62,000 nt of DNA from Vicugna vicugna (taxonomy: Eukaryota): NCBI GenBank assembly GCA_013265495.1, contig MU058791.1, forward strand, positions 186,001 through 248,000, in the 5' to 3' direction. Shown here piece by piece: positions 13,061 through 24,600 of this stretch. Position 1 is the first letter of the stretch; each line of letters opens with the position of its first letter. The notes beneath the pieces are model-generated. The model was not told the DNA's origin. It did not search any database and worked only from the letters and a program-made list of their open reading frames with translations. The position numbers and the translations under genes were made by a program.

Positions 13061-14139
13061 AATCACTTCCCTATTTGAAGCAGATTGAAATCATGGTTAT
13101 TTTTTCTTCTTTAAAATAGCCAGCTGACTGTGGGGGCAAAAGTGTTAGTATGTGACTGTGGCTGTTCTTGTGCTAAGACTTGTACAAGACAGCAGAAAAA
13201 AGACAGCATTTCAGTTCATCTAAAAAATATTATCTGTACTGGTTTCTGATTGACTACATAGTTTTTGCCTTAGGAAATGTAGGGCCGTCCCTTTTTAAAA
13301 AATCTGTGTTAAACATATTAATCGAGAGGTCTCTGCAAATGTCATTTAAAATGGAAACAGTGTGGATTTAACTTTTTCTGGAATTAGGCATGTAATGCCA
13401 TTTGCATTTGCTGAGATTTGGGGTTATTAATAGAATAGGCAAATCAGCATTTTCTCGGGTTTGTGTAAGACTTGCTTGTTTTTCCTGTCTTGATTGCTGG
13501 TTGCACATAAAATTCAGAGAGGGAAAAACTGTGTCGCACATGGAGGAAGGGTGGGGATAGAGTGACTCAGGACTCCCGGAGTCCTGTTTCTGCTTCTGAT
13601 GCAGCCCCTCTGGCTGGAGGCCTTCGTCTCCAGACTGTCAGGGCAGGCGGGATAAAGCTAACTCAGTACCCTGGGAGTCTGGGGGGTGTAATCCCACGGG
13701 TTGCATATGGTGGTCTGACTGGGAAAAGGCTTTGTCTGCATACTGGGGTGGTCATAAGGTAGGAACTTCAGTGGGCATCGGAGGAGAGGTCCTGACCAGT
13801 ACTTGGCAGTGGACAGAGCTAGAAACCATTAGCCATCGTCCGAGTCACAGTTTTTCCAGGCTGAGAGAAATTCTCTTTGCCTGTGGCTTCTGCTGCTCGA
13901 AGTCCTGTTCTTTCTGGCCCCTTCTTTCCTGACTGGTTTCCCACCCAGCTCTGGCACTCTGAGCATCCCTGGATCTTCTGCCCAACATGAGCCTCGTTGT
14001 GGCTGTGTCCAAGTGGTCTGCTGGTGGACTCCCTGAAAACCTCCCAGGGATGGAGGTGCCATTGACCGTGGAAGCCCATGGACTTTGTTGTTAACCTAAC
14101 ATTGTTGAAACTCCAGAGGTGACTGTTAGGGGCTGCGTC

Positions 14140-14295
14140 CCGGTTGAGTTGTGGGACTCTGGACCAATTGTTCAAACTCTGGAAGCCTCTGTTTCTCCAT
14201 CTGTGAAATGGGCACAGTAACAATACTTGTCTCCTAAGGCAGTCCATGGAAAAAACTGAGCTCAGTGCTGACACAGAATAAGTTTTCAAGTAAAA
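14140..14295 (+). mobile_element. MIR SINE remnant
   Basis: MIR core GCCTCTGTTTCTCCATCTGTGAAATGGG and 3' end CAGTGCTGACACAGAATAAG. Confidence 0.7.
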
Positions 14296-15469
14296 GTAGT
14301 GGCTTTTATTGTAGCCTAAACACAGGGTGATGGAATTCGACTTTCTGAATTTTCTTCATATGTGTGTGTGAGTGTGTTTGTGTGAGAGCTTGCAAATAGC
14401 ACAGCCACTTCATGGACAGTGGGAGATGTTTGCACAGGGTTTCAGTGTTGTGCCTTTGAAAAGAGCCAGGAATTTGGGGGGAGCCACTGTGCCAGAGCAA
14501 ATAGGCTCCTGAGAAGGAAAACAGAGGAGAGATCCCTTGCAGACCAGGAGGTGGCACAAGGTTGTTTAGGGTGGCGTTCAGCCAGGGGATTGCACAGGGG
14601 GTGGCCCTGGGGCCCGGGCTGGGGTGGAGGTGGGGGCCGGGAACCAGGGTTAAGCCTCAGCGAACTGAAGAGCCTCCTGGTTCCTTTAGAAATGGGGCCT
14701 GGGCAGCCCCCTACTGGCCACCCCTGATGAGGGGCGAGCTCGGTGCCCTGGGATGTAGTGGCCCCATTCTAACATTGAAATCAATCAGACCTGGGGTGTA
14801 TTTTCTTTCAGAGAAAATTTTGTCCTGCCATCTGGGTGTTCTGCGCTGACTGACACAGGGCAGGTTGTGCAGGGATGAATAAGCAGCTCCTGGGGGTCAG
14901 AGCAGAGTCAGTTGCTTGGTTTCCAAAGCCTCGTTTGGACCCGTCCTTGCCTCAGGACCTCTCATTCTTAGGTCAGCTGAGGCAGGTGACCTGTCAGCCA
15001 AAGAGGCATGTGGTTATCACTGCTGCCGCCCTGCAGAGGAGAGGCGTTTGGCCAGCTGTTGACAGGCTGCAGATGCAGGTGGACCTCCTTTATTGCTAGA
15101 GACGGGCTTGCTTCATGCCGGACTCACCGTAATCATCGTCCTCATGGGCAAGATTGCGTTGATCTAAATAAGTTGGTAGCACACTTACCATCTAACTTTA
15201 CACTTGAGTTTTTTCTTCCAACATCCACATTATCCCTAGAATAATTTACCATGAATTATATAGCTGTTTGCAAACATGCTTTTTAATGGCATTTTAATAT
15301 CTCATTGTCTGGATGAGCCTTAATGTATTTATCCACTCTCTTGTTGTTCAACATTTGGCTTATTTCCATTTTTTTTTTTGCTGTTGTAAAGAATATATGC
15401 AGAGAACATCCTTCTGCATAAATCTCTCTTGACAATCCTGATTATTTTCTTTTTTTCCCTCCTGCTTTT

Positions 15470-16077
15470 AATTTTTTTTCAGCTTTATTGAGATGTAATT
15501 GACAGACAAAGGCGTGAGATAGTGAAAGTGTACATGTGTACATTGTGGTGATTTAATCTATGTCTGTATTTGTGAAAGGATTCCTCCCATCTAGTTAATT
15601 AGTATACCCATCACTTCACATAGTTATCTTTTGTGTGTGTGTCTGTGCACAAGAACATGGAAGTGTTACTCTCTCAGCAAATTTCAGTTATACATTACAG
15701 TGTTATCACTTGTCGTCACCAGGTTTTACATTAGATCCTCTGGTCTTATTCATTTTATAGCTCAAAGTTTGTACCCTTTTAAACAACCTTTCCCTTTCCC
15801 CCAGCCCCTGGCAACCACTTTTCTACTCTCTGTTTCTATGAGCTTTGTTTTTTTTTAAGACTCTACAAGTAAGAGATACCATGCAGTATCTAACTTATTT
15901 ATAATAATGCCCTCAAGGTCCACTTATGCCATCACAAATGCAGAATTTCCTTCTTTCTCGTGGCTGAATCGTATTCCATCATATATGTTCCACATCTTTA
16001 TCCATTCTTTTGTTGACTGATGCTTAGGTTGTGTCCATATTTTGGCTATTGTGAAAAATGCTTCAGTAAACATGGGT
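15470..16077 (-). mobile_element. Older LINE-1 3' end (L1MA-like), apparently nested in an ancient L1ME-like remnant (~15255-16260)
   Basis: TTTTCAGCTTTATTGAGATGTAATTGAC...CTACTCTCTGTTTCTATGAG...GGCTGAATCGTATTCCAT...GGCTATTGTGAAAAATGCT. The flanks carry more decayed L1-like motifs. Confidence 0.8.
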
Positions 16078-17228
16078 CTGGTGATAGATTGTGAGATGAG
16101 GAATTAAGTTCAAAGATACATTTTTGTTTTAAGGACTTACATGGTACCATAATGGCTCTCAGAAAGTTTTTTTTTAAACTAATTTGCACTCCTATATTGT
16201 CCATCTTATCACATCCTTGCCAGTGATTATCATCCAAAAATTGTTTTTCGGCTAATTTGAAAGTCCAAAACAAAGCTTTTATTTAAAAGCTAGTCAAGGT
16301 ATTATAAGAAAACACTGGATGTTTGGTTGAGCAAAGATCCCAATTACTGGGTTTGTCCAAGAGTTTCTGACCCCCACCTTTGTAGAAGATGGAGAGCTGT
16401 CCACAGCCTCCCTTTAGATGAAAGATGTCAACCAAGGCTGAGCTGCGGTCAGGGCATCGCTTGTAGGAAACTTTAGAACAGCTGCCTGCTGCTTTTCTCC
16501 TTGACTTTCCTGAGTGAATGAACTTCTCTGTCTATTTTTGACCTAAAATTTAAAAAGATCCCTGAGAGGTCATCCATGTCCAACCTCATCTCAAATAAAT
16601 GGAAATCCATCCTGCTTTTTCAAACCCCAGGGACAGGAGATTTCATAAGCATTGATTATTTTACCATGTATTTTCTTCAAAACTTGGCAGATACGAACTC
16701 ATCAGTATTTACTGCCCCCCATCTTTTCAATTTTCTTTTAGTAAGTAGGGGGCAGAATTGAGGAAATGAACCCCCAGGAGGTAAGGTTGTTAGCCATTTC
16801 CTGGAGGCTCAGAGAATGGAAGGGGGTTTTCCTGACACCCGCTAGTTCTGGTGGTGGCATTTTCTAAGGTACTGTGAAAAAATAGGAAAATCCAGTTGTT
16901 AACCAGAGCCAAGTCCTGTTTCCTGACTTTTCCACAGCTTTTATTAACAAAACGCAGGGCACACATTAGAAATGAGTCAGACCCCTGGTTTTCCTAGGGC
17001 ATAAAGCACTGGGAACAAATATCTAGTCCCCACTGGGCCTCAGTAGATTCTGAATGAAGCCAGAAAGTGATTCAGCCTTAGATCCAAAGAGAAAACGCAC
17101 GCACACAGACACCAAGAAGCAAAAAGAGTTCCGGCTATTCCTAGGTTGCAGAAAATACTAGCATTGGAAAAACTGTTTTTTAGCTTCTTAGGGTTTTATC
17201 TTATATATCGATTTTTTAAGTATAAGGT

Positions 17229-17315
17229 TATATATATATAAAACTGAACCACTTTGCTGTACACTTGAAACTAACACAACATTGTAAATCAGCTATACTT
17301 CAATTAAAAAAAAAA
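17229..17315 (+). mobile_element. Very short LINE-1 3' end with poly(A)
   Basis: CTGAACCACTTTGCTGTACACTTGAAACTAACACAACATTGTAAATCAGCTATACTTCAATT followed by A10. Confidence 0.85.
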
Positions 17316-20300
17316 GAACAGGTTTAAGTCAGAACAAATAACCAGTTTAGAATTTCAAATAAAATTTCTTTCCTGCCGCCATGGGTATATCCAAATTGGG
17401 AGCAGTTAAAGAGTGGGGAAGAAATAAAGTGTAATTCACCATTTATATCTAAGAGGCTGTTGAAGTTGGATATACGTATAGGTAAATAAATGTGGAAATG
17501 TATGTCTTTAATTATATGTATATATATAATTTCCAACTATATATAATATATAGTTTAGTTGGAACTACCTGGAATATATAAAGTTGGGAAAGACATGTGA
17601 CAACATTCAGCTTATCAACCAATAGTTGATAAGTTCTAAAAATATCCCTAAGTCAAAGAAAAGGACTAGCCTCCATGCTGAAATGAAATGATATAATTTA
17701 TACATACAAAAAAGATAATAAGCCATACCACGAATCAAAAAATTCTTTTAATGTTCCCACTTTTATTCATCTGCTTTTAATTAAATATCAGAAACGCTTT
17801 CCCTGAAATGTCGATATTCAAAATAAACAAAGAGATTTTATTAGCTTATTAAAAAAAAGATTTTCTTTTGTACTTAAGTGACGACCGCCATAGCTGTTTT
17901 ATCTGGAGCACGACTCTGGACGGGTCCTACTTTCTTACTGACTTGAGTAAACTAACTAAATTAACTGAGTTTAAAATTTTGTTTAGTAAGCAGTGAAGAA
18001 TTGGACATAACACTTTTTAAAAAATATATCACATTTGTGATAGAGATAGTGGAGGCATGATATAATAGTGATATAATAGCGCTTTTAATATTTTACACTG
18101 ATGGGCCACTTCAAATGAATGAACATTATATAATAATTTTTATTATTTTATAAACTATACTATGTTTTTGTCACTCCAGCAAGGCCTTCCTGGCAATGGA
18201 TCTCCTGCATGAGTACGATCTTGAGGTGGTTGAGGCTTACTAATTTAATTAACCCTTTGGGAAATTTTGGTGGGAATCTTAGTCAAAAAAACTTTTTTTG
18301 AGTTATTAAGAAAAATGCAACATCCAGGCTGCTTGGAGTCTTTCTTTCTAACAACGTCTCTCTTGCAAAGGGCTGTCGTGTCATCTTGGAGGACTGACCG
18401 TTTCAGCAGAAAACCAACTGGATTCTATCAGGACCGTTACAGCCAATGCCGAGTTACTCTCTTGAGAATTGACTCTGCTTGTCTCCTATTAAAAAAAAAG
18501 TATCAGATGTATCAGTGGAATTTGTGTCAATGGAATTTTCTCCCATTCCCAGGGGGCTGCTGTCTTTCGCCTGGGCTCACATTGGTGTCTGGCCACCCCC
18601 GGAGTCCAGTGCTCTGGCCACTAGATGAGGAGGAGGGTGGTGGGTGCAGACAGACCCCTTATACAGCACTGCAGCGTCTGCCTCTGGGCTTGCCTCTCCC
18701 CTTTGTGTAAAAAAATTAACATCTACTTTCCCTCAGGCCGGGAGGAGTCCTTCTTACTGGTTAGCACTGCCCTGCAGAGTTTCCGTCTGTCTCCAGCCTT
18801 GTGCCTCTTAGGAGGCAGGAGCCCCAGCCTGCCTCTCCCGGTGAGGAATTCCGAGACCAGGCAGGCACGGGCTCCAGGGGCTTGGGCCGGGTCTCCTTCC
18901 TACCTTCACATCCAAGCACAGGAAGAACATTCTTTCAAGCTTGAAGCAGCCTGGGCTTTGCGAGCCTTGTGAGAGAGGCGAAACCCCGTTAAGAAGCATC
19001 TTGCTTGTACTACTGATTCTAAGAGCCAGAGGCTTTGTGGGCAGAGCAGTGTCCTCCGTGCTTGTCGCCAGGCTCACAGGATGCTTAAGACGCGGTGTTC
19101 CCAAGCCCGTGCTGGAACCTCGTCCAGCCAGTCCCCACGTCCCAGCCATCGCCCTCAGGTGATTCGGTTTGCGCCTTGTTTCCCTGTCCGTTGTTTAAGC
19201 CAGGCCATTTTGCCTGGGCTCTTTCTGATCGTTCCCAGTCACGCCCCGGTGGTTTCATGTTACTCTCTTGAAGCCAGGCATTCAGGAACGATTTTTCACT
19301 GATATTTGGTAGTTGGACCACATGAAAATTCTCTCCTTGGTTTCAAGCACTAACAGAGTCCGAGGAGCAGATACATCTGTTGGTGATGACTCTTCAGTAA
19401 GGATATTTTAGTCGTGGGGAACGGGAGGGACGAAGAATACAGTCTTCTCTCTCTCTGGTTGTTCCTGATTTTCAGCCCATGTTGGTAATGAGATAATTAC
19501 ACAATCATCAAAAAACAACTCACTAGCTCTGACTGAAGGTGGCCCCCGTCCACAGGCATCACCACGTAATAGCAAGTGTTACAGTGGGACGCGGTCCCTC
19601 GGATGTGAATAGCTGCAGTATTTCAAGTACCAGCACGCCCTTGGAACACCCAGCCAACGTGGAGGGCAAGCTTGGTGCTTCAAAAAAAAAAAAAAAAAAA
19701 GACCTCACAGATAAATGGAAAGTAGTTTTCTGGCTTCTGGAGCTGTTTTACCCAGAGCTCTCTTTAGAAAATATGTGGGTAATATAGTGATTTTTGTTTA
19801 TAAAAAATATTTTTAAATGATAAAAATACACTATATTTTTTATTACTTTGAAAGGGGATCGCTTATGTACGTGGAGCGTGGGTTTATGTCTAGAAGGCAA
19901 GGATGTGGTTATGGTCCAGAATAAGCAAGGAAAGAGGGGGATATGTCTGCCCCTTCGCTGAACTCATAGGCACATGAGGTAGTTGTCCTCTCACACAGCC
20001 TGCGGATCTCATCAAATCTTACAAGAGTGGCTCCTGAACTGTGTCAGAGAGGAAAGGCCCCTTAGGGCCCTCTGTTTGCCTGGAAGTGTCAGTGGCGGGA
20101 ATCGCGTCTTCTTCTCTCCAGTCAGACTGAAGCCAGCTTGGAAAGACAGCCTGAGTGTCTCAGATTTGGGCCTAAGAAGCATCTCCCCTAAGGTTTGTTC
20201 AGAAGCCGTGGATGCTTCATCCTCACTAATCTGGTTATGTTAGTGGAGTTTGGTTTTGTGCAACCAAAGTAAAAAAGATCCTGAGTGGCGTGCGTCTGGA

Positions 20301-20959
20301 TTTAAGGAGACTTTTGCCAGCAGCCGGGTGATGACGTTTGCCCTGTTCACGTGCATCCGGTACCTTCCTGCTTAAAGTCTCGATCTGTCCCATTCGCTGT
20401 CCCCCAGCCCCTGTCAGAGTACAGCTTCCAAGACAACTGTCTTACGCCTTTTGCTTTTTCATCCCCTCCCTTTCCCGTTCACTGCTGCCCGTACGCCCTG
20501 ACCCTCCAGGGAGGCTCTTCTTCTCAAGGCCCTGGCTGCCTGTTCCAGGGCTCTTTCATCATCACACGCGTGCTGACTGTCCCAAGTCCCCGTTTCCAGC
20601 CCAGGTCTGCATGCGGAGCCGTGGGCTCTGCCTCCAGTGGCTCCCTTGACGTCCCTTAATGATCTGGCCCAGCTCCCCGCTCCCCTCCCCACCTGTCCTC
20701 CATCGCCCCGTGGCCCCAGCGTCCTCCTCGCCCCAGCCAGACATCCAGTTAACAGTTGGGCTCCTCCCTCTACCTTTCATCTCTCCTCCCAGCTCCCTAA
20801 TCCCTCTCCCATATCTTAAACTTCGGTGTAAATTTCTTGCATCCATCTGTGTACACTGACCCATCTTATCCCCACGTAGAAGTTCATCTCCTTCCTGGAT
20901 TTCTCCGGGAACATCCCCGGTGCTCTCACAGTTTCAGTGTCGGCTCTTCTCCAGCTTCT

Positions 20960-21690
20960 TGTCCACGAGGGGCCCCAGTGATTTTCCTAAAGCCCAGATC
21001 GGCTCATGTGACTCCTCTCCCCAAGCCCCATCAGGCACTTTCTGTTGTCCATTTGAAATGGGAACCGTTTCACATGTCGTGTAAGTGGAGCGACCCCGTG
21101 TCTGGTGTGTCGGGGACAGTCCCAGCTTAGGTCTGTTTTCCCGGTGCAAGTATGGCCCTCTTAGCCTGTCGCAGTTGGGATGATAAACTGCACGGCTTCC
21201 CTACTGATAAGGCCACTCACGAGGTGTCAGCACACTGCCAGCCTCCTCACCTCTGTCCTTCTTGTCACAATTGGCTTTGCTCCTCCACATGCCTAGGGCA
21301 GTGGCACGTCTCCTCTTGCACTTTACCCATGTGGTCCATCTGCCTCCAGCCTGACTCCCCGTCTCCTCTCTCGGGCTGGCTCCTGCCCCACCTCTTGGCC
21401 TCTGCTTAGCTTTCATTTCATCCAGAAACCTTCCCTGTTCTCTCCTCCGCACTGGATAAGGTGCCCTGCCCCCTCTTGGAGGTTCCCCCAGCTCCTGTCC
21501 TGAGCCCTGAGCTGGACTTACCACCTTGCATTTAATTGCGTTTCCTTATCTCCTCAAAACTAGACTCTTAACTAGAGGGCAAAGGACTGCATCTTGGTCA
21601 CTGCTTTCAAAAGTTTGCCCAGAGCCTGCGAGCTCGTACCAGCATCCACAGATACTGACAGATGTTAGTTAAATGTGAATAAATGGACAG
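20960..21690 (+). mobile_element. Decayed LINE-2 3' portion
   Basis: Pyrimidine-rich body (CCAGTGATTTTCCTAAA..CATGTGACTCCTCT) ending ACTAGACT...GAGGGCAAAGGACTGCATCTT...GTTAAATGTGAATAAATG. May extend further left. Confidence 0.6.
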
Positions 21691-24600
21691 GAGGACAGCA
21701 GGATGCCTCCCAGATGAGAAAATGTCACGTACCCGTCATTCCAATCCATATAAGTCCACAGGAGGAGTTTAAAATCCTACATGAAGAATCACATGTTTTA
21801 ATATGCTGGTGGAAAAATTGGGAATAATAGCTAGAAAGTTCTCCTCTTGTTATTAAAGGACCCAAGCTCACAGTGATGGTACTGGAGAGCAGAGCATGCC
21901 AGGGATGTGTCACCTCTTTAACTCGAGCTAAGTTTAGCGGGTCCTGCTATTATTTTATAGTTTCCTCTTGAGTGCACCATTCATGATAAGCTGTTATTTT
22001 GAGCCCCGCAATGATTCCTCTTTAACGAGACATCTTTGCACTTTGGAATAGCTGGGTTGGATGTGGAGTCAGTGCCTGACAACGGGAGGGCAGGTCCCCT
22101 TGCCTTTTGGGCTGCTGGGTTTCTGCTTTAGAGGGTTTTCAAGGCAACGGGGCCTCCCTGGTGTTTTAGATGGGGTCCCAGCAGGAAGGGGAACTCACTC
22201 TAGACAGTTCCAATATGGAGACTTTAATGGAGAGGCTCATGGCAGAAGTGTGTGTGTGGTGGGGACAGAGGAGGGGCCGTGGGTGATGGAATCAGCAGTA
22301 GATTCAGGTGCCCAAGAACTGGTGCCTCCCACCTCCCGTGGCACAGGGGTGAAGAGAGGAGCCCAGTGAGTGAGCCCTGGAGGATGGGTACCAGGGGGAG
22401 CTGTGGTTGTGGGGACAGAGTCCTTGCTGGAGCCCTGGACCAATTCATGGAGGGGATAGGGAAGCGATACCCTGATCTCTCTCTCTCTCGGCCTCTGTTC
22501 TTCTGACTCTCAAGGGAGCCTGGGTGATGCCATCCGCTGAGTTGTCCTCTGGGACAGAGAGCAGGACACAGGAGGGTGGAAGGTGGATCTGGGGTGGGGG
22601 GAGGTTGGAGAGAACCAGCCCTGGGTTGTCCTTGCTCCTGGCAGCCTCGGAGGCCAACTTGCTGTTCCCCTTCCTTCATTTGGTTTCGTGCATTTTCCTC
22701 CCTGGGAAAAGCCACAGGGGCTAGCAACGCTTTTCTAGCTTGGCCGCACTTGGCCTTTCTTGGCAGGAAAGTGCTGGACTGTGTCTGGTCGGTTCCGCAT
22801 CCTGGCTGGCTCCTGGGAGCCCTCTCGCCCAGGCTCTTGATTTGGGAATTGGACGGAGGGTTTTTAGGCTGCGGCAGGTAAACACTTGTTAAGCCTTCAC
22901 CGTTCTTTCTTTCTGATCCCACTTTCAAAATTCTGCCCCGTGTCTTCCCTCAGAGGTGTCCGTTCCTCTTGGCTCCACCTCCACGGCCTGAGTTCCAGGC
23001 ACTGTCCTCGCTCTCCTGGGCGGAGGCAGCAGCTTCCCAGCGGTTCCCTCCCTTTCATTCTGTCCCTCTGCGATGTGGCTTTCTCCATGGGAGGCATCGC
23101 GATCATGGAAGACACTGGCAGGCAAGGCATGTTCTGTTCCAAAGCTTCCACCCCCTGACCACCACGTGTGGGTGCAGATGACCCAACGCCCTTCCCTCGG
23201 CCCAAGAGGCCACATGTGGTGGGGCCCCTGCCCCTGTCTCCAGACCCTGCTTCTTCTTACAGTCACTCCCTCCCCACTCCTTTTGGCCCCCTGGCCCCCA
23301 GCAGCCAAGCGCTTTCCCAGCCTGGGCAGGGTACCCGCAGCCCTTTCCTTGTTTTTGCCTTCTCCTCCTCCTCCCTGCTCTTCTCTCTTTGCCTTGCTGG
23401 CTTCTCCTCCTGCAGTTTCAGTATCACCTCCTCAGAACATCTTCCCTGGCCTCCCAGAGTCACAGCGCCCCTCCTGGCCCCACTGTCTCTCTCCTAACTC
23501 CTGACACGTCCATCTCGCTGTGCCCGGCACTTCGCACGGGGGCTGGCAGGCGGCCGGCACCACGTTCGGGTGTGAGGAGGCTGACCACACAGGTGCATCT
23601 GGAAGACAAGGACAGAGGAAGCTGTGCCCTGAGCTTTCACATCTGCCGAGTCCCGGGCTGTGCGTGCGTGGCTGTTTGTATTCATTGGATTTCATTGCCT
23701 GGCTTAGTGTCCCATGGGCCACGTGGACCTTGGCAGGGCAGCTCTTAGAGCAAAACTTCACCCTCCGCACCCCAGTGTGGGTGTCACTTAGGGGGCCATG
23801 GGTCACTCCTTCCTTTTGTTTTGTCCCCCACGCTCTGGCTTCCCTGCTTTCTTCTCTTCTGAGCCTCTGACTTCTGGCCGTATTTGAATTGCAGACACAG
23901 TGAGAAGGACACACACGTGTCCCTTCTTTCTCTTGCCCTTCTCTCTGGGACAAAATCGGCAGCCGGGATAATCATCAGAAACCCCTTATCACTTCAGATC
24001 CGGCTCTTTTGGAATTGGCAAGCATTTGGAGGGGATTAAACTCACGGTGACCTCGGTCCTCACCATGAAAAGAGGGATTGCTTGGCAAAGCCATGTGATA
24101 ATACTGACCTGAGGGCAGCCAGCCATCGGCTCTGTAGGAACGAAGCATCTTGGGCTACTTAGGCCTGTTTGTCGGTGGCTGATGTTGGTGTGATGGGGGG
24201 CAGCAGCTGGCAGCCCCGAGTTTTCGCTTCTGATGAACGTGAAAAGGAGCAGTTTGCTTTCGACTGTCTGGTGCTTCCACTCAATCAAATGAGCCTTCTC
24301 GCCAAGTCATTTGAATTAATTCCACGGCTTTCCCCTCATCCTGCTGGTGGGCCACGTGCCGTAGTCTGAGAATGAGGCAGGACGTTGCCAATTTTGCAAA
24401 AGAAGACACGTTGGCCCGAGAGCTGCCTGGACTGGCAATCGCGGTTTCCTTAGGGCCAGAGCTGGAGCCAGAACCCACGTGTCTTGATCGTTAGATTTCC
24501 CTGGTGCTTCTTTCCGGAGCTTTTCAGTCTTGGGGCGTTTGTGCCTACAGGTGATTCATATTTTTTAATGCTTTTATTGGGTTCTGCATAACAACTCAGG

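Noticed and set aside
18180..18225. Possible 46-nt exon after TTTTTGTCACTCCAG
   Set aside because: Weak donor (GAG|GTGGTT), frame-shifting length and an unrecognised peptide.
19682..19700. A19 tract as a retro-insertion tail
   Set aside because: No upstream element, poly(A) signal or TSD is visible; treated as a simple homopolymer.
22224..22928. 234-aa ORF and the many overlapping ORFs at 22-24 kb
   Set aside because: GC-rich, stop-poor sequence open in several frames on both strands; low-complexity P/G/S/R content and no recognisable domain.
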